From the human T2T-CHM13v2.0 reference genome, Homo sapiens: a stretch of 64,000 nucleotides of DNA. Location: NCBI RefSeq assembly GCF_009914755.1, contig NC_060925.1; one strand, 5' to 3'. Under the pieces are notes generated by a model. The model did no database searches, was not told where the DNA came from, and was given only the letters and a program-made list of their open reading frames with translations. Below are positions 25,456-41,620 of the stretch, in pieces. The stretch's first letter is position 1. Every line of letters begins with the position of its first letter. A program made the position numbers and the translations under genes.

Positions 25456-26614
25456 TAACTGTTTCTCCTGCATGTATCATATTTTGTTCTATGTTAACTT
25501 TTTGGTCTACCTATTATTCTCAATGGTAAAGACTTTGAAGAAATATAATTGGTCTCATCCTCATTGTTTGTTTCACAGCCCCTAGCATAGGCAGTGTTCA
25601 GTAAATATTTGACAACTATATTGTTGAATGTGAGGGCAGGACGAATTTGGGAATATCAGAGTGTGGGGTTCTGTGCAGCATGCATGCATTCATTCACTCA
25701 TTCATTTATTCATTTAATAATCATGCCCCAGGTGCTGCAGTGTGTGATGGCTCTTACAGAGTTTCATGATTTAGAGAAGTTCCACAAATGGGAAGATGGA
25801 AGACTCTTAGAAACAAACTGTTCCCACCATAGCACTTTGTCCAGACATTGTTGAGTGTGGAAGGACTGATGGAAACTGAGTAGGCTCACAGATTTACTTG
25901 CAAGTGTCTTATGGCATTAGAAAGTTTAATATATTCTTCACAGTGTGATGAAGGGTTGTAAAATCTCATTTCTAATGATTTCATGAAATAGATAGCATGT
26001 AAGAAGACTTTTTTTGCGCCTGCTTTCTAGATATACAGTTTCACAAGATTTTTTGGTTGGTTTAGTATCTGCTCTTCAATGCTGTGTTGAAAATACACTT
26101 AAAAGAACCCCATTTTAACCTTGCAGAATGAGTTGCATGTGTTTTTCCTCATTTCTTTGCCCAAATATCAAGTTAAGAGAATCTCAGCCTTGTAATTATA
26201 TACTAATACTACATGAGCTGCTGATTATCTGCATGCGATTCACTAATTATATTGTCTTTCCTCTTTCCTTACCTAAAGGTTACATTTACATAAAGGATAT
26301 TCAAAGATAACACTTTATCATCAAAGTGGCTTCTGCCTTTAACATTTAAATTACAAAGTGTAATGAGAAGGACTAATCTGAGAGACATCTCAGTGATCGG
26401 ATACAGGCTTTTTGACACTGTCATGAAATTATCTTCATCGAATAGCTATAAAATCCTAATGTCTCAATTACAAGCCTCACTTCCCACACCTTCTGTCTTT
26501 CTACTCGGTCTTTTGTAATCCTCCACTCAATTAAGATCACAAAAGTGGAAGAATTACAACAAACTTTTGTGCAGTTCCCAAAGTGAGCTGTGCATCAGAA
26601 TCACCTGAGCGGTT

Positions 26615-26620
26615 TACACA

Positions 26621-26656
<36 letters not shown>

Positions 26657-26662
26657 AAGAGA
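26615..26662. repeat. Compound (CA)n(GA)n microsatellite inside a MER5-type relic
   Basis: Read directly; flanked by CATCAGAATCACCTG. Confidence 0.9.
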
Positions 26663-28127
26663 ATATTCTGTAAATCTAAGTTGCAGCCCAGGAATTGTAT
26701 TTTAGAAAGCTTCTCAGGTGCTTTTGAGGCAAGCAAGGGTTGTAAAATAATGGCTTACTTAGTGAAGCAAGTTACATACAAGCTGCACAAAAGCAGGGGT
26801 TTAATGGTGATACACAAATAATATCCCAGAATCCAAGGACTTCTAAAAAAATAAGGTAGCCTTTTTTTTTTTTTTCCAGTTGGGCTCGTGCTACAAGCAA
26901 ACGATTTCTCTCTAAGTCATTTTGGGGTATAAGTATCTCTCTACATCTTCCCTGCCCCTAATTACCACTGACTATAGCACCAGAGAATAATAGAGGCAGC
27001 TGTACACAATGTAAAAGACATCATTCCCTTAGTAAAAGAGGCAACCTCCATTTCAGAAAGATTCTGTGTTTGATTTTACATTTTTCTTAGCTCAGTTTCC
27101 CTCAGACCCCAAGGCAAGGACTTAGATGCAAGAGAGAGAGTAGAGAAAGTGAAACAGGGAAGGGAGAAAAGCCAATAAAGGGTGCATCATTGAGCAGGCT
27201 GCTTTTGTAGGTAACTGGGTCTCAGTCACCCTGGCTGGGGGATCTCCAGGAAATACTGTTGCCGCATCCCATGAGTTCCCCATCAGAAACTGAGAAAGCT
27301 AGAGTATTTATCCAATAGCAGCAGTCTCAGGCTGATTGATGGTTGCCCCTGGGGGCATTAAATCCCAGTCCCCTATTCTTGGAGGATGCCCTGTCATGAA
27401 CTAGGCATGTACCTAGAGTGCCCAAAGAAGCCTTGAGCAGAGAAGCAGAGGTGTGGGTCCTTGAGTGCGGAAATTGTCCATGTGCATAAACTGTTCACCA
27501 CTGCTGCAGGTGACTTCAGAGTGGGCTGAGGGAATATGGGGCAGGGTGTCTAACATCTGTGACAACATCTAAAGCCTTCATTTCGAGACATTTCCAGCTG
27601 GATATGGTGTGTGGTGTTTAATCTCAAAGGCCCAGGTGTACAGAAGTGATTCTGCCAGTACAGACTGATTTGGGACATGGTCAGCAGGAAAGAGAAGACA
27701 GAGGGGAACAAAGATAGAGACAGTTCCCTTCACTACAGCCATAGAAAGTGTCATTTAGTCCTAGGTAGGAGATAATGGATGGTGTTCTATTATTGGACTG
27801 TCTGCTCTCAGATCCTGTCTTTCCTATGTGCTGTATGTCAAGGAATACATTTTCCAGGTACATTTGCTTTCTGGCTTTCTAGATAGGTTTGGTGTTGCCA
27901 AAGATTGAAGGGCAGGAGAAAGGGAATGTCAGAGCATTTTTTCCCATTTTTCCCTTCTTTGAGGGCTGTCTCCAGCAGTTCCTCTATTTTCTCTGTGATT
28001 CCTGCTCCCACAGGATAGCCCCACTCTCCTGGTCTCAGCTCCTGCCAGGCAGCCCTGGCCAGAAATCTAGCTCCTGTTGGAAAGCCCCACACTCTGGGCT
28101 CTGGAACCCCATTCTCTACCTTACTTT

Positions 28128-28552
28128 ATAGTTCTGGAGATCAGAATGCCAAAGTGACTCTCACTGGGCTGAAATTGAGAGGTTGGTAGGGCTACATTTC
28201 TTTCTGGAAGCTCTAGGAGAGAATGTGTTTTCTTGCCTTTTCTAGCTTCTAAAGGCTGTCCTCATTGCCCCTTACATTTTCAAAGCCAGCAATGGCTGGT
28301 CAAATCTTCATTACACGACACCTTTCTGATCTATTTTTCTGCTTCCCTCTTCCACATTTAAAGACCCTTTGATTTCTTTGGTCCCACCAAGATAATCCAG
28401 AATTATCTCCATATTTTAAGGTCAGCTGATTAGCAACCTTAATTCCATTTACTACCTTAATTCTCCTTTGCCATATAATGTAACATAGTCATAGTTTCTA
28501 GGAATTTAGACATGAACATCTTTGGGAAGCCATTATTTGGCCTGCCATACCA
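28128..28552 (-). mobile_element. MLT1C/D-like MaLR LTR
   Basis: TTCTGGAAGCTCTAGGAGAGAAT..GATAATCCAG..CAACCTTAATTCC. Confidence 0.7.
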
Positions 28553-28674
28553 CATTTCTCATATATCAACATCTCTGTTTCTTCTAAAAGACAATGCCTT
28601 CATGTCCTGGAAGTGTGCATAGTTATATCCCAGGAAAAAGAAGAAGCAGCTATGAGGAGAACAATGCAATAGTA

Positions 28675-28965
28675 TTAAGAAGTGGGGCATTTAGGGGGTG
28701 ATTAGGTTATCAGGGCATAACCCTTATGAATGGGATTAGTGTCCTTGTAAAAGGGGCTCAAGGGAGATTATTCTCCCCTTCCACCATTAAGGACACAGCA
28801 AGAAGGCACTGTCTTTGAAGCAGAAAACCCTTGTCAGACACTACATTTGCTGGTGGCTTAATCTTTGACCTTCCAGCTTCCAGAACTGTGAGAAATAAAT
28901 TTCTGTTATTTATAGATTACCAGTCTCAGGTATTTTGTTTGTAGCAGCACAAATGGACTAACACA
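28675..28965 (+). mobile_element. MLT1A/MST LTR fragment
   Basis: TTCCAGAACTGTGAGAAATAAATTTC..AATGGACTAACACA. Confidence 0.7.
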
Positions 28966-29897
28966 ACTAGTGATTCATGTATTTTCTTTCAGCTTAAAAG
29001 GAAGATGAGTTCTCATATGTTTGTCAAATATTTAGTTCACATGAACATGATGTTATGTATAAAACATCTTCCCAGTGTAACATGGAGTATATGAAGTTGG
29101 ATCTGAAATGCTTTTACACTCAAGAAAACTTTAAATCTACCATAGGCTTAAACATGTACACAATTTAGAAAACTGAATGGAGGGAATGAGAAGAGATGAG
29201 TGAAATTCTGTGTGTTATCACAGAATTGCTAAATCAGTCTCAAACTTCTAAATTCAAACCGTGGTGATTTGTCGATAACCTTAGAAATGTCTTTTAAATA
29301 TCATCCTGGGGAGTGGGTAAGGGAAACAAAAGCTCCTGGGAGTTTTGGTTACAGGAAGTGAAATATATTACTCTATCTGAATTTAAAATTAAATGTGGGT
29401 TTTATTTTCTAATCATTTGGAGTAAATAGGATGCTCCCTTTTTCTATCTCTTTTTACTCCTTATGAATTCATCTAACAAATAGTTATTATCATGTGCCAG
29501 CCATATGGATTTCTCTGTATCATTTTTTCCTACTCTTTCAGGTCCATCTCCTGCTTCTCAGTAATTTGCCTTTTACTATTCCCTGTTTTAAATCCTATTA
29601 GCTACCCCTCCTTTTCCCCTTTTCGATAGCTATCTGTCCTTCATTTCAGAATAAAGTATTCCACTTTTGAGAAAGAAAAGAAACTTGCTATCTGAAGAAT
29701 GAAAGCCCCCTTTAATGATTAGGCCCAAAGAGGCATTGAAATGCAATAGCAGGCATCTCACTTCTCCCCTTGAGCTAAATAACAGGTCATTGCTATGTGT
29801 GCTCTAGATTAACTGACACCAAGTAGTCATAGAATGCCATATGCTGGACACCATAACTCATATGTTATAGTTCAGCAATGCATAACTAATCACTAAC

Positions 29898-32440
<2,543 letters not shown>

Positions 32441-34178
32441 CTAACCAATGTTATTTCTATAAATCAGTGAGGATTCCTGTCAAACAACTTTGTACAAGCC
32501 CATTCCTTGTCCTCTTTGCCTTTAAAATCCTATTTGTTGTATCAAAGGCCAAAGGGAGAACTCACTCCCTAAGGCAATTTGGAAGTGTATCCCAGTCTTC
32601 AATCTTGGCTCACATAAACTGTCTATATTAATTTTGCCTCAGTTTCTTTCTTTAGGTTGACACATCTGTTGTAAGTCAGCAGGATTCAGTGATCTTTCCA
32701 CTCATGACCACTCAGCATTTCCTCTTGCACTTGGTGCTTGGCGCCAGCATGAACCCATTGAGTTCCTCTAATTCCAGAGGATCACTGGGTGGAAAGGATG
32801 AGACTCCTGAATCTGGAACCTCCCTTTCTTTTCAGGTGAGGTCTAGATTTTATTTGGGCTGATCTTTCCAATCCTCCCTTTCTAGAATGAAGGTTCCATC
32901 TTTGTCTTGTGGACAAAAGATTAGGATTTCAGGGAAAACAAAAAGGTAAACTGCCTTTTCCACCTCTGCCTTAGGGCCTGGAGGTCTGGATGAAGGTACT
33001 GGAAGTTTTGCATAGATTTTTTTCCTTTACATGGCACTCTTTTAAAATTGAAGATGTTTCCTGTTCTTTAAAATATAGACTTGGATATTCATTTATGACA
33101 AATTCCTTAGTTTTAAACTGAAAGGTGAATAAAGATGAGTTCTTTTGCCCTGGTGATAAGGAATTTGAAAAAAAATTGTTTTAGAGAGCTCTCCTTTAAC
33201 TCCCCAGAAAAACCCTTTAAATTCCCAACCTGCCTGCAGGCTTTTCTTAGTCCGTTGGAGATGTAAATCTTGCCATGTCATTGAAATATTAACATCCGGA
33301 GAATAAGCTAAGCAATGTTCCAGCTGACATCAGATTTGAAACAGAGTTCAAGTTCTTAAAATCCATCAGGAAATTCCTTTTCCTAAAGGGTATCTTTAGT
33401 CTGGGAGAGAAACATATAAAAATTATTTTGTTTTAATTTACTTGTATGAATCTTGACCTTTCAAGGCATATGTTTGTAATCCTTTCCACTGAAGGAAACT
33501 AAAATATTTCTTCCTAAAATACTGAGGATTGTTGGGCTGAAAAGAGTTAAAATGCTGGGAGAAACATTATTTCTTACTCTGCTTGTCTGATGGCAGAATA
33601 GCAATTTGCAAAGAGAAAGGGTTTCCTGCATGCTATTCCCACATAAAGATGGACTCCTTTACAATGCTTGCTCATTAGCTAGGAGACAGCAATGCCAGGG
33701 AATTTAGGAGCAGACTTAACTCTTCCCACAAATGTACCATCCTATATTTCCCTGCCTTTTGGCACTACCCCACAGGCACCATTTCCCCCCTACTTTACCA
33801 ACTCTCTCTGTAAATATTCCAACTGGACTTTGTGTGTAGATGGTTACCTGAGAAGCTGAGACCCCAAAGAGTATAGTCAGGCAGTTGTGGGTTGTACCTC
33901 ACTTGCAGCTAGTGAAACTTTCTTTTCTTTGAGCTGTCTTTGGGGTGGTTCTGGATCTTTTGAGGATTGCATTGCACATCTTTGGAGATGCCTGGTGAGT
34001 CCTTAATTAAGTCATAACCTCAGTTAAGGCGTATTGGCTTGGATGACTCACTTGAAAAGGTATCTTTGGTTTAAAAAGGAGAAAAAAAGAAGTAGGAATA
34101 AGGCTGTTTGTTCTGGCTGAAATCTGATAAGAGTTTTGAAAAATTTTTTAAAGAGCTTTATAGCCAAAAGATGATTTA

Positions 34179-34448
34179 GGCTGGGTGCAGTGGCGCATGC
34201 CTATAATCCCAGCACTTTGGGAAACTTGAGGCCAGAAGTTTGAGATCAGCCTGGGCAACATAATGAGACACCATCTCTAAAAAAAATTTTTTTTAATTAG
34301 GTTGTTGTGGTGGTGCATGCCTGTAGTCCCAGCTGCTTGGGAGGCTGAGGTAAGAGGATTGCTTGAGCCTGGGAAGTTGGGGCTGAGCCATGACCACAAC
34401 ACTGCACTCCAGCCTGGGTGACAGAATAAGACCCTGACTCAAAAAAAA
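34179..34448 (+). mobile_element. AluJ
   Basis: Diverged Alu dimer. Confidence 0.85.
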
Positions 34449-34479
34449 GTTGACTTAATTAAAAGCTGGCATTTAGCAG

Positions 34480-34482
<3 letters not shown>

Positions 34483-34525
<43 letters not shown>
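34483..34525. repeat. (TG)n microsatellite, about 21 units
   Basis: Read directly. Confidence 0.95.
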
Positions 34526-34528
<3 letters not shown>

Positions 34529-37500
34529 CCTCTGTTGTCTCCATAGAAGCTTATCAGTCAACTGAATTCATTTCTTCTTAAACCTTTAATTATAGGCACT
34601 CCTTTGTTCTGCTTCTCTTTTGATGACATAATTTTTGCCAATGATAATGTAAAACTTCCTTGACCTTTTGGAAATCTTGAATTCTCCCTCTATGAAATGT
34701 AAATTTGCTATCCTATTTTCTCTAAAATTCAGTAAAAGCTTTGGACATAACTTGTTCCATTTACAGAGGTACAATTTAATCCAAGTGTTCTTTTAAATGA
34801 GTGAGTTTTACTTGTCTTATGGCAGAAATTATAAAATCTATACTATAAAATATTTATTTTGTATTTTTACTATACATATATGCATGTCTGTGTTTGTATA
34901 TTGCCTACCTGGTACCAAATTGACTTGTAAATAAATGAGTACTCATAAATTAAGTAAATATGTGCAAAAACTTTTCAAGTTCACATGACTTTAGTAATCT
35001 TTGATAAATAAAGCTAGTTTTAAAATTGCTGATAAAATAAAACTTGAATGTCTTCAGAACAGTCAGTATTAAATACAATTCAGACATTTTGCCTGGGACT
35101 ACTGGTCAGAAAGGTTTAGACTGTCTCTGATAGAAGTTTTCAGGTCATAAAACTGTTGTTTTCTGTGACATTTTTGATAGCTGTTTGGTTTATCTATGAT
35201 CTTATGTGTTTAGTTTTGAGCCTTCAGATTGTAAGGTCTAGACAAGTGCCCATAGTGAGGTCTGGTGACTTAGGCCACCCCAGCTTTGGTACAGAGCCAA
35301 GCCCAGGATGTCCTCCCTGACTCGGCTGTGCCTTCTAGCCATGCTGGGAGGAATCAGATCCTCCAGGACTTGTCTTCACAGCCTTCTCTGTCCTGGGTTC
35401 TACACCTGGTACATAACAATTAAAATTGCTTACTTCCTAGGTTTTTCAGTAAGAATTAGGGTTACTAAGAGTTAACATTGTAATTAATATATGTGATTAA
35501 AACTACTAGATGTAAGAGAAACTATTCTGTATATAAAGTGTAAAAGAAAAATAGGATGTGTTTTGGTAAAGAAAGTTTTCTAAAAAGATGTTAAAATGTT
35601 TAACAGATAAGTAAGTTTGCCTGGCTTAAAGGTGATGTAAAAGTTATTTAAATTAAAAAAGATAAACTAAACATATATAAAAAACTGGGGAAAAAGAAAA
35701 TGGGAAAAATTGTAATAGGTTATAAAAGGCTTATGAAAATCTTATGCTGTGTGATCAAAGCTGATCAAGATTCGATGGATCTGTATATAAGGTTTTATTA
35801 AAATTAGATTTAATAATAATACATTGATACAAGGGTTACATTTGTTTTTTTCTTCTGAACAATATTTTCATATAGTATTAATAAGATATAGTAAAATATT
35901 TTTGTTCACCTTTTCAGTAAATTGCAAAATTTTTAAAAGGAGAGGAGAATGGGAGAGATAATCTGATGCTGCCTTTATTAGGTCTTTTGATTGGAAAACT
36001 GAGTTGCTGCTCTATTGAGTAAAAGTTTTTGCTTTCTGAAATCTTTGAATTATCACTTTAGCTAAATAGATGACTATTATTTTAGAGTGACCTGTGATTT
36101 ATTTTAATATCAAGTGTCTTCAACCTTTGATATTTGACATACCTCCCAAAAACAAAATTCAAATTCTAAAATTGAGTCTTTTTGACCTCAAAGTAACTCT
36201 TGGACATTCAAAAAAATGGAGGGCTCTTGAAAATCCAAGAGGGACATATTAGGCTTATTGGGATGTTAAAGGGATGTTAAAATCATATGGGAAGTATTAT
36301 CCAATAAGAAATGGTGTTTGACTTTCTTTGAATTATCTTTGTGTGGATGTTATTAATGTATGCTCTCCAAAATTGTATGAGGTTTTATAAAAATCTGATA
36401 TGTCTTGATATATGCAGTAAATCACTTTTTATCCTCAAACCTTTTTGCAAATGCTAAAGCATTGTGTCTTCAAGGAAATTAATGGAAAGGACTATGACAA
36501 GTACTCTTGAATACAGGTTTCTGATAACTTTGGAGATTATACCATTGGATGAGGTAAAAACATTCAGAACTCTAATAAAAAACTGATGGGTTTATAAACA
36601 TTGCTAACCCAATTTCAAACACAGCAAAAGTTAATTACATAGGACTGAATGACAGAAGACTGAAATAATTTGTTATGACTTCATTTTGTTTGAAATACTG
36701 CTGATTGTTTTTATATTTTGCTTTCTAGAGTCAATACATTTTTTAAGCTATTTATAGTTTACAGCAATTGAGTAAAGTATACTTTTGTGAGAAAAATTGA
36801 AACATTTACCTTTCTCTCTACCTGATTTCTCTAGAATTTGAAAATTGTATTCTCATTTTATTGCAATGTGGCTATTTGTATAAGTTCAATAAGAATCTCT
36901 TTTCCTTTTGTAACAGGACACATTGGAAACACTGGTTATTTTACTAAAGCTTTGAATGGAATGTCATATTTTCAAGTTTGAGCAGACTGCTTTGAGGGAT
37001 TAATGTTGACTTTATAAAACCAAGACTTGGAAAAAATGGCCTGGTACCTTGTCTATATTTTTCCTTTGCAGGATCCTGACCTTGGGGTAAGTAATGCCAC
37101 TTTCTGATAGGCACAGAAACCTCAAGATATTTGGGGATCTTTGGAAGACAGGCTATTTTGGGACCTTTGGAAGATAGGAATTCAACTGATTTATGAGCTG
37201 TCCTCAACCTTGCCCCAAATAAACTCTCTGTATCAACATTGCCTCAGGTTTTTTCTTTTGGTCAACACTTAAAAGTCATCTTATCCTTAGAAACTCTTGC
37301 CCTTCTAGAGTAATTATTTTATATACTAAAAATTGATCTGCATCAAAAATATTACTGCTCTAAAGGTCCTTTTCATAGTGTATGTCATGGCCAGACTGAG
37401 ATGACCACGGACAGAACAGGAGATGGGGAGCTAGTTCCAAGAATTAGACTAGAATGAAGGGGAACTATCAGGTGTCAGATAGGACATTTGTGTATAAGTA

Positions 37501-37849
37501 AAAGAAACCAATTCAAGCTATCAGGTAGCATCTGGAATTCATGAAAGGAACTGGAAAATAAGAATTGGAAAGACATCTGCTTCTGTGTGTCTGTTTTATT
37601 CTTCTTTATCTGCAGACTGGCTTTCTTGTCAATTCAGTCTACATTGTAGCATACGGCCCCACACAGAGATTGGCTGTCTCTCAATCCCAATTCCAAATTC
37701 TGCAGGGGCTGGGGGAGAATCTGATCGGCCAGTTTGGGTCAAGCATCCAGCCAACTATGGTTACAAAGGCAAGAGCAAGAAGTATGAATCGGCCATTCTT
37801 AAAGAAAGAATAATCCCTGAGAGATTTAAAAGGGCAACAACACTAAGTC

Positions 37850-38593
37850 TGGGCATGTTCAAGTTCAAGTCCAGAAAAGGCAGCTACCTGAAGTTAGCCA
37901 AATTTGAGTTTGAAGGCAGAGTTCTCCAGGCTGCCAAGTCTGTCCAAAACTTCTGACACAAATTTCAAGTTCACAGGTTTCCCCAGATTACCCTCAGGTT
38001 TGATAATTCACTAAAAAGACTCAAAGAACTCACTGAAAGATATTATACTCATAGTCACATTTATTACAGGGAAAGGACATGACTTAGAACTAGCCAAAGG
38101 ATGACACAGGGCAGAATCTAGGGAAGGTTCCAAATAGGAAACTTCTGTCATCCTTACAGGTTACCTTCTTGACATGAGTGAGCGGCAATATGCGTAGAAT
38201 ATTGCCAAGCTGAGAAGCTCACTCCAGTTTCCGTGTCCAAAGATTTCACTGAAGTTTCATTACCTAGGCATGTCTAATTGATTGCTCACATGTTTGAACT
38301 CAATCTCCAGCTCCCTTCCCCTAAGGTCAGGCTAATATCAGTGGCCCCAAACCCCAACCTTCTAAGCACACACAGTTGGTCTTTCTGGCATGGCACCCTA
38401 AAACTATTGGGTGTGACCCACCCCACCCTGAGTCATTTTGCTAGTATAAACTATTCGCTGTAGGCAGAGGGGCCACCATCAATTAAAAAAAAAACACTCA
38501 TATGAGGAAATTCCAAGTGTTTAGAGATTTCCTCTCAGGAGCTGAAGACAAAGGCCAGATCTCTCTGTATGTGGCCAAATTTCTTACTACACA
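37850..38593 (-). mobile_element. MER21-like LTR
   Basis: CCCTCAGGTTTGATAATTCACTA..AGAACTCACTGAAAG; ends TTCTTACTACACA. Confidence 0.6.
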
Positions 38594-38803
38594 GCAGCAA
38601 ATACAGCCACTATTCTGTTTTCATGATCTTAACAAGAAAAGCATGGTAAGGTTGGCTCTAATCTTGACATAAAGCTACGTGTTTTCTGCTCCATGATGAT
38701 TATAAAGAATAGAGTCAGAGGCCTGGTGGTGGACACCATCTTTAACTGACATAGGAGAGAGATTCTGGCAGCAGCTCGCAGTGGGATTTGTGGTAGTCAG
38801 TAG

Positions 38804-38971
38804 TCCATGATGGCTGAACAGGGGGGTAGTACTTGGCATGCTAAAGGTATACAGGGCAATAGATGGTTCTGAAATCCATGGTGGTTGAACAAGGTGGTAG
38901 TACTTGGGATGCTAAAGGTATACAGGGCAATAGATGGTTCTGAAAGGTATAAAGGGCAATAGATGGTTCTG
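38804..38971. repeat. Local tandem duplication (two ~71-bp units plus a ~29-bp partial third)
   Basis: AAAGGTATA(C/A)AGGGCAATAGATGGTTCTG occurs three times. Confidence 0.9.
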
Positions 38972-40114
38972 TTGACTGGGACAGGTTCCAAATCCTTTGG
39001 AGTAAGTGAATTTAACCTTGTAGATTCTCCCACATTCCTTTTCTATATTCTTTTCTTTATTCACATATTATCTTAGGTCCTCACAGCTACCTTCCCAAGG
39101 CAGTGGCCCAAACCCCAGGAAGATTGCTCTTCATTTTCTACAACCTGCTCCATTCACACAAACCCACACCCATAATCAAAATCACTTAGTTTCCAGGGAG
39201 AATTGTAATCAGACAAACTAACGCGTATTTCAAGTTAAATTGTATATGTTCTTTGAAATTCCACTTCTATTCTATCCACAGGAAAAGAGAGTCAAAGTAA
39301 GAATTCAAAGTTACAGTCAGGGACCAAGCTGTGAAAGTTATAGAAAGCAAGATTAATCTGTTTTTTAAACAATTTCATGCAAATGAAAAAAGCTGAGTTT
39401 AAAGAACAGAAAATTAAGCAGCATAAATGAATCAGGTGGAGAGGAAATTCTCTCTAATTGGAAATAGATTGCTGTAGGGTTTTTCACAAACTCAAGTCAC
39501 GTAGATTCCTGCCTGCCTTTTTCTAGTGGGGTGGTAAACTGATTATTTTAGCTGAAACATAAAGAACAGATCAGAGGGAGAGAAACCATTTAAATCAACA
39601 ATTCTGTAAGGTAAATTTGGTGTAATGAGTCCCTGAGAAGGGACTTGTTCAAACTCGATCCCTTTTCCTGGCTTCTTCTGAATTTTGAGTATACTTCCTA
39701 CTGTGCACTGTCAAGAGTTTAGTTCCCAATGAAACTAAACTGCGTAAGTGAATTGTATGGAAGTAGAGAAAGAACTAATCTAGATGGATGTGAGCACTGC
39801 AAGAGTTTTAACATTTAATCCTGTGTAAAAACAATACAGAAGTTGCAAAACTGAATAGAGATCAGCTTTCCCGTGCATTATGAGATGCAAACCCCAGGAT
39901 GGCTCCCAGGGTTTGGTTTGCCAAAAGGCTTTCTCCAGACTTAATCTCCAAGTCTGTAGGATTCACATTTGAGTAGGTTAATCTGGGAACTGTCCATGAA
40001 TTCAGTAAGAAATCCAATAGAGTTTCCAAACGACTGCCACATCTAGGACACTAATATTAAATAGCATAGTAGACTCTAACTAGTGAATTGAGAGAGATAA
40101 CCTCTCTATATACA

Positions 40115-40619
40115 TGTTACCGGTAAAGGGTCTTGACCGCAAGTTATCCAGGTTCTTGGCATTTCGAACAAAGAATTGGACAAAACGCACAATAAAGCAA
40201 GGAAAGAATGAAGCAACGAAAGCAGAGATTTATTGAAAATGAAAGTACATTTCACAGGGTGGGAGTGGCCCGAGCAGTGGCTCAAAGGCCCTGGTTACAC
40301 AGTCTTCTGGGGTCCAAATCCACCATTGGCCACTTGATGTACACCCGGTGCAAATGAAGCAGTGGCCCACAATCAGAGGCCAAAGTGAAGTTACAAAGTT
40401 ACACTCCTATGCAAACATCTGCTTGGTTGCTTTCTGCAACCAATCAGAGGTACTTTCAATTTTCCATCTGCCATGTAGAAAGTGTTGCAAAGGGAGTAGC
40501 CTCTGGTCCTTTTGTTACTTAGGTGTGGAAAATTGGGGTTTTCCTTTTGATTTAGTTCTAGGAAGTCAGCATGAACTGGCCTTAGGTTCCTTGCCTCCAC
40601 ACCCTATTCTCCTGCCTCA
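40115..40619 (-). mobile_element. Solo MER51-like ERV1 LTR
   Basis: Minus strand begins TGAGGCAGGAGAATAGGG..GGAACCTAAGGCC and ends GGTAACA. Confidence 0.8.
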
Positions 40620-40667
40620 AATTCACCAGATAATAGGATACCTCCACACAGGTATTCTCTCTTTCAA

Positions 40668-40763
40668 TTCTCAAGGATAGTAGGATAGAGGCTATCTCTG
40701 CATAGTGGCTTGAATTAGCCCCTACCTGTGTAGAGATATCCTATATCCTACTATCTTTGGGAA
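40668..40763 (+). other. Inverted repeat able to form a 38-bp stem with a 20-nt loop
   Basis: Arms 40668-40705 and 40726-40763 pair with 2 mismatches and 4 G-U pairs. Confidence 0.85.
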
Positions 40764-41274
40764 GTATTCTGGACTTGGGCAAATGCTCTGACAGTGGCCT
40801 CTGTTACCAACATTAACAGCATGTTACCAGAGAGGAATCTGAGAAAACTCTTTATTTGGGTAACATTGATTTTTAACATGGCTCAAACCTGTTATTTCCA
40901 CAGCTGGCATAGGGAAATCATTAGGTTTCTCTCCAGATGGATAATGATTTTTGTAACTTGATTTACATTTAGGAATTTAAGGTTCTTAATGAAGGTTGAC
41001 ATATTTGTGAATCCAAGTTATTGCGTAGTTCTATTGATGATAGTAGTCATCTTATATGCTTAGAAAATATTCCTTTGGATGGCTATGTTAATTGCTATAA
41101 TTTTCTTCTGTCATTTTAAATCATTTTTTCTTTGTGAAAACAAAATGTTACAAATCACCATTTTGTACTATTTAGCTGTAAATTACAGTGTATTGAACTA
41201 AAATGTTTCAGTTGTAACAAAGGATGGAGAAAATTATCAAAATTTACATCTATACTAAAATAGCTCAATGCTCA

Positions 41275-41620
<346 letters not shown>

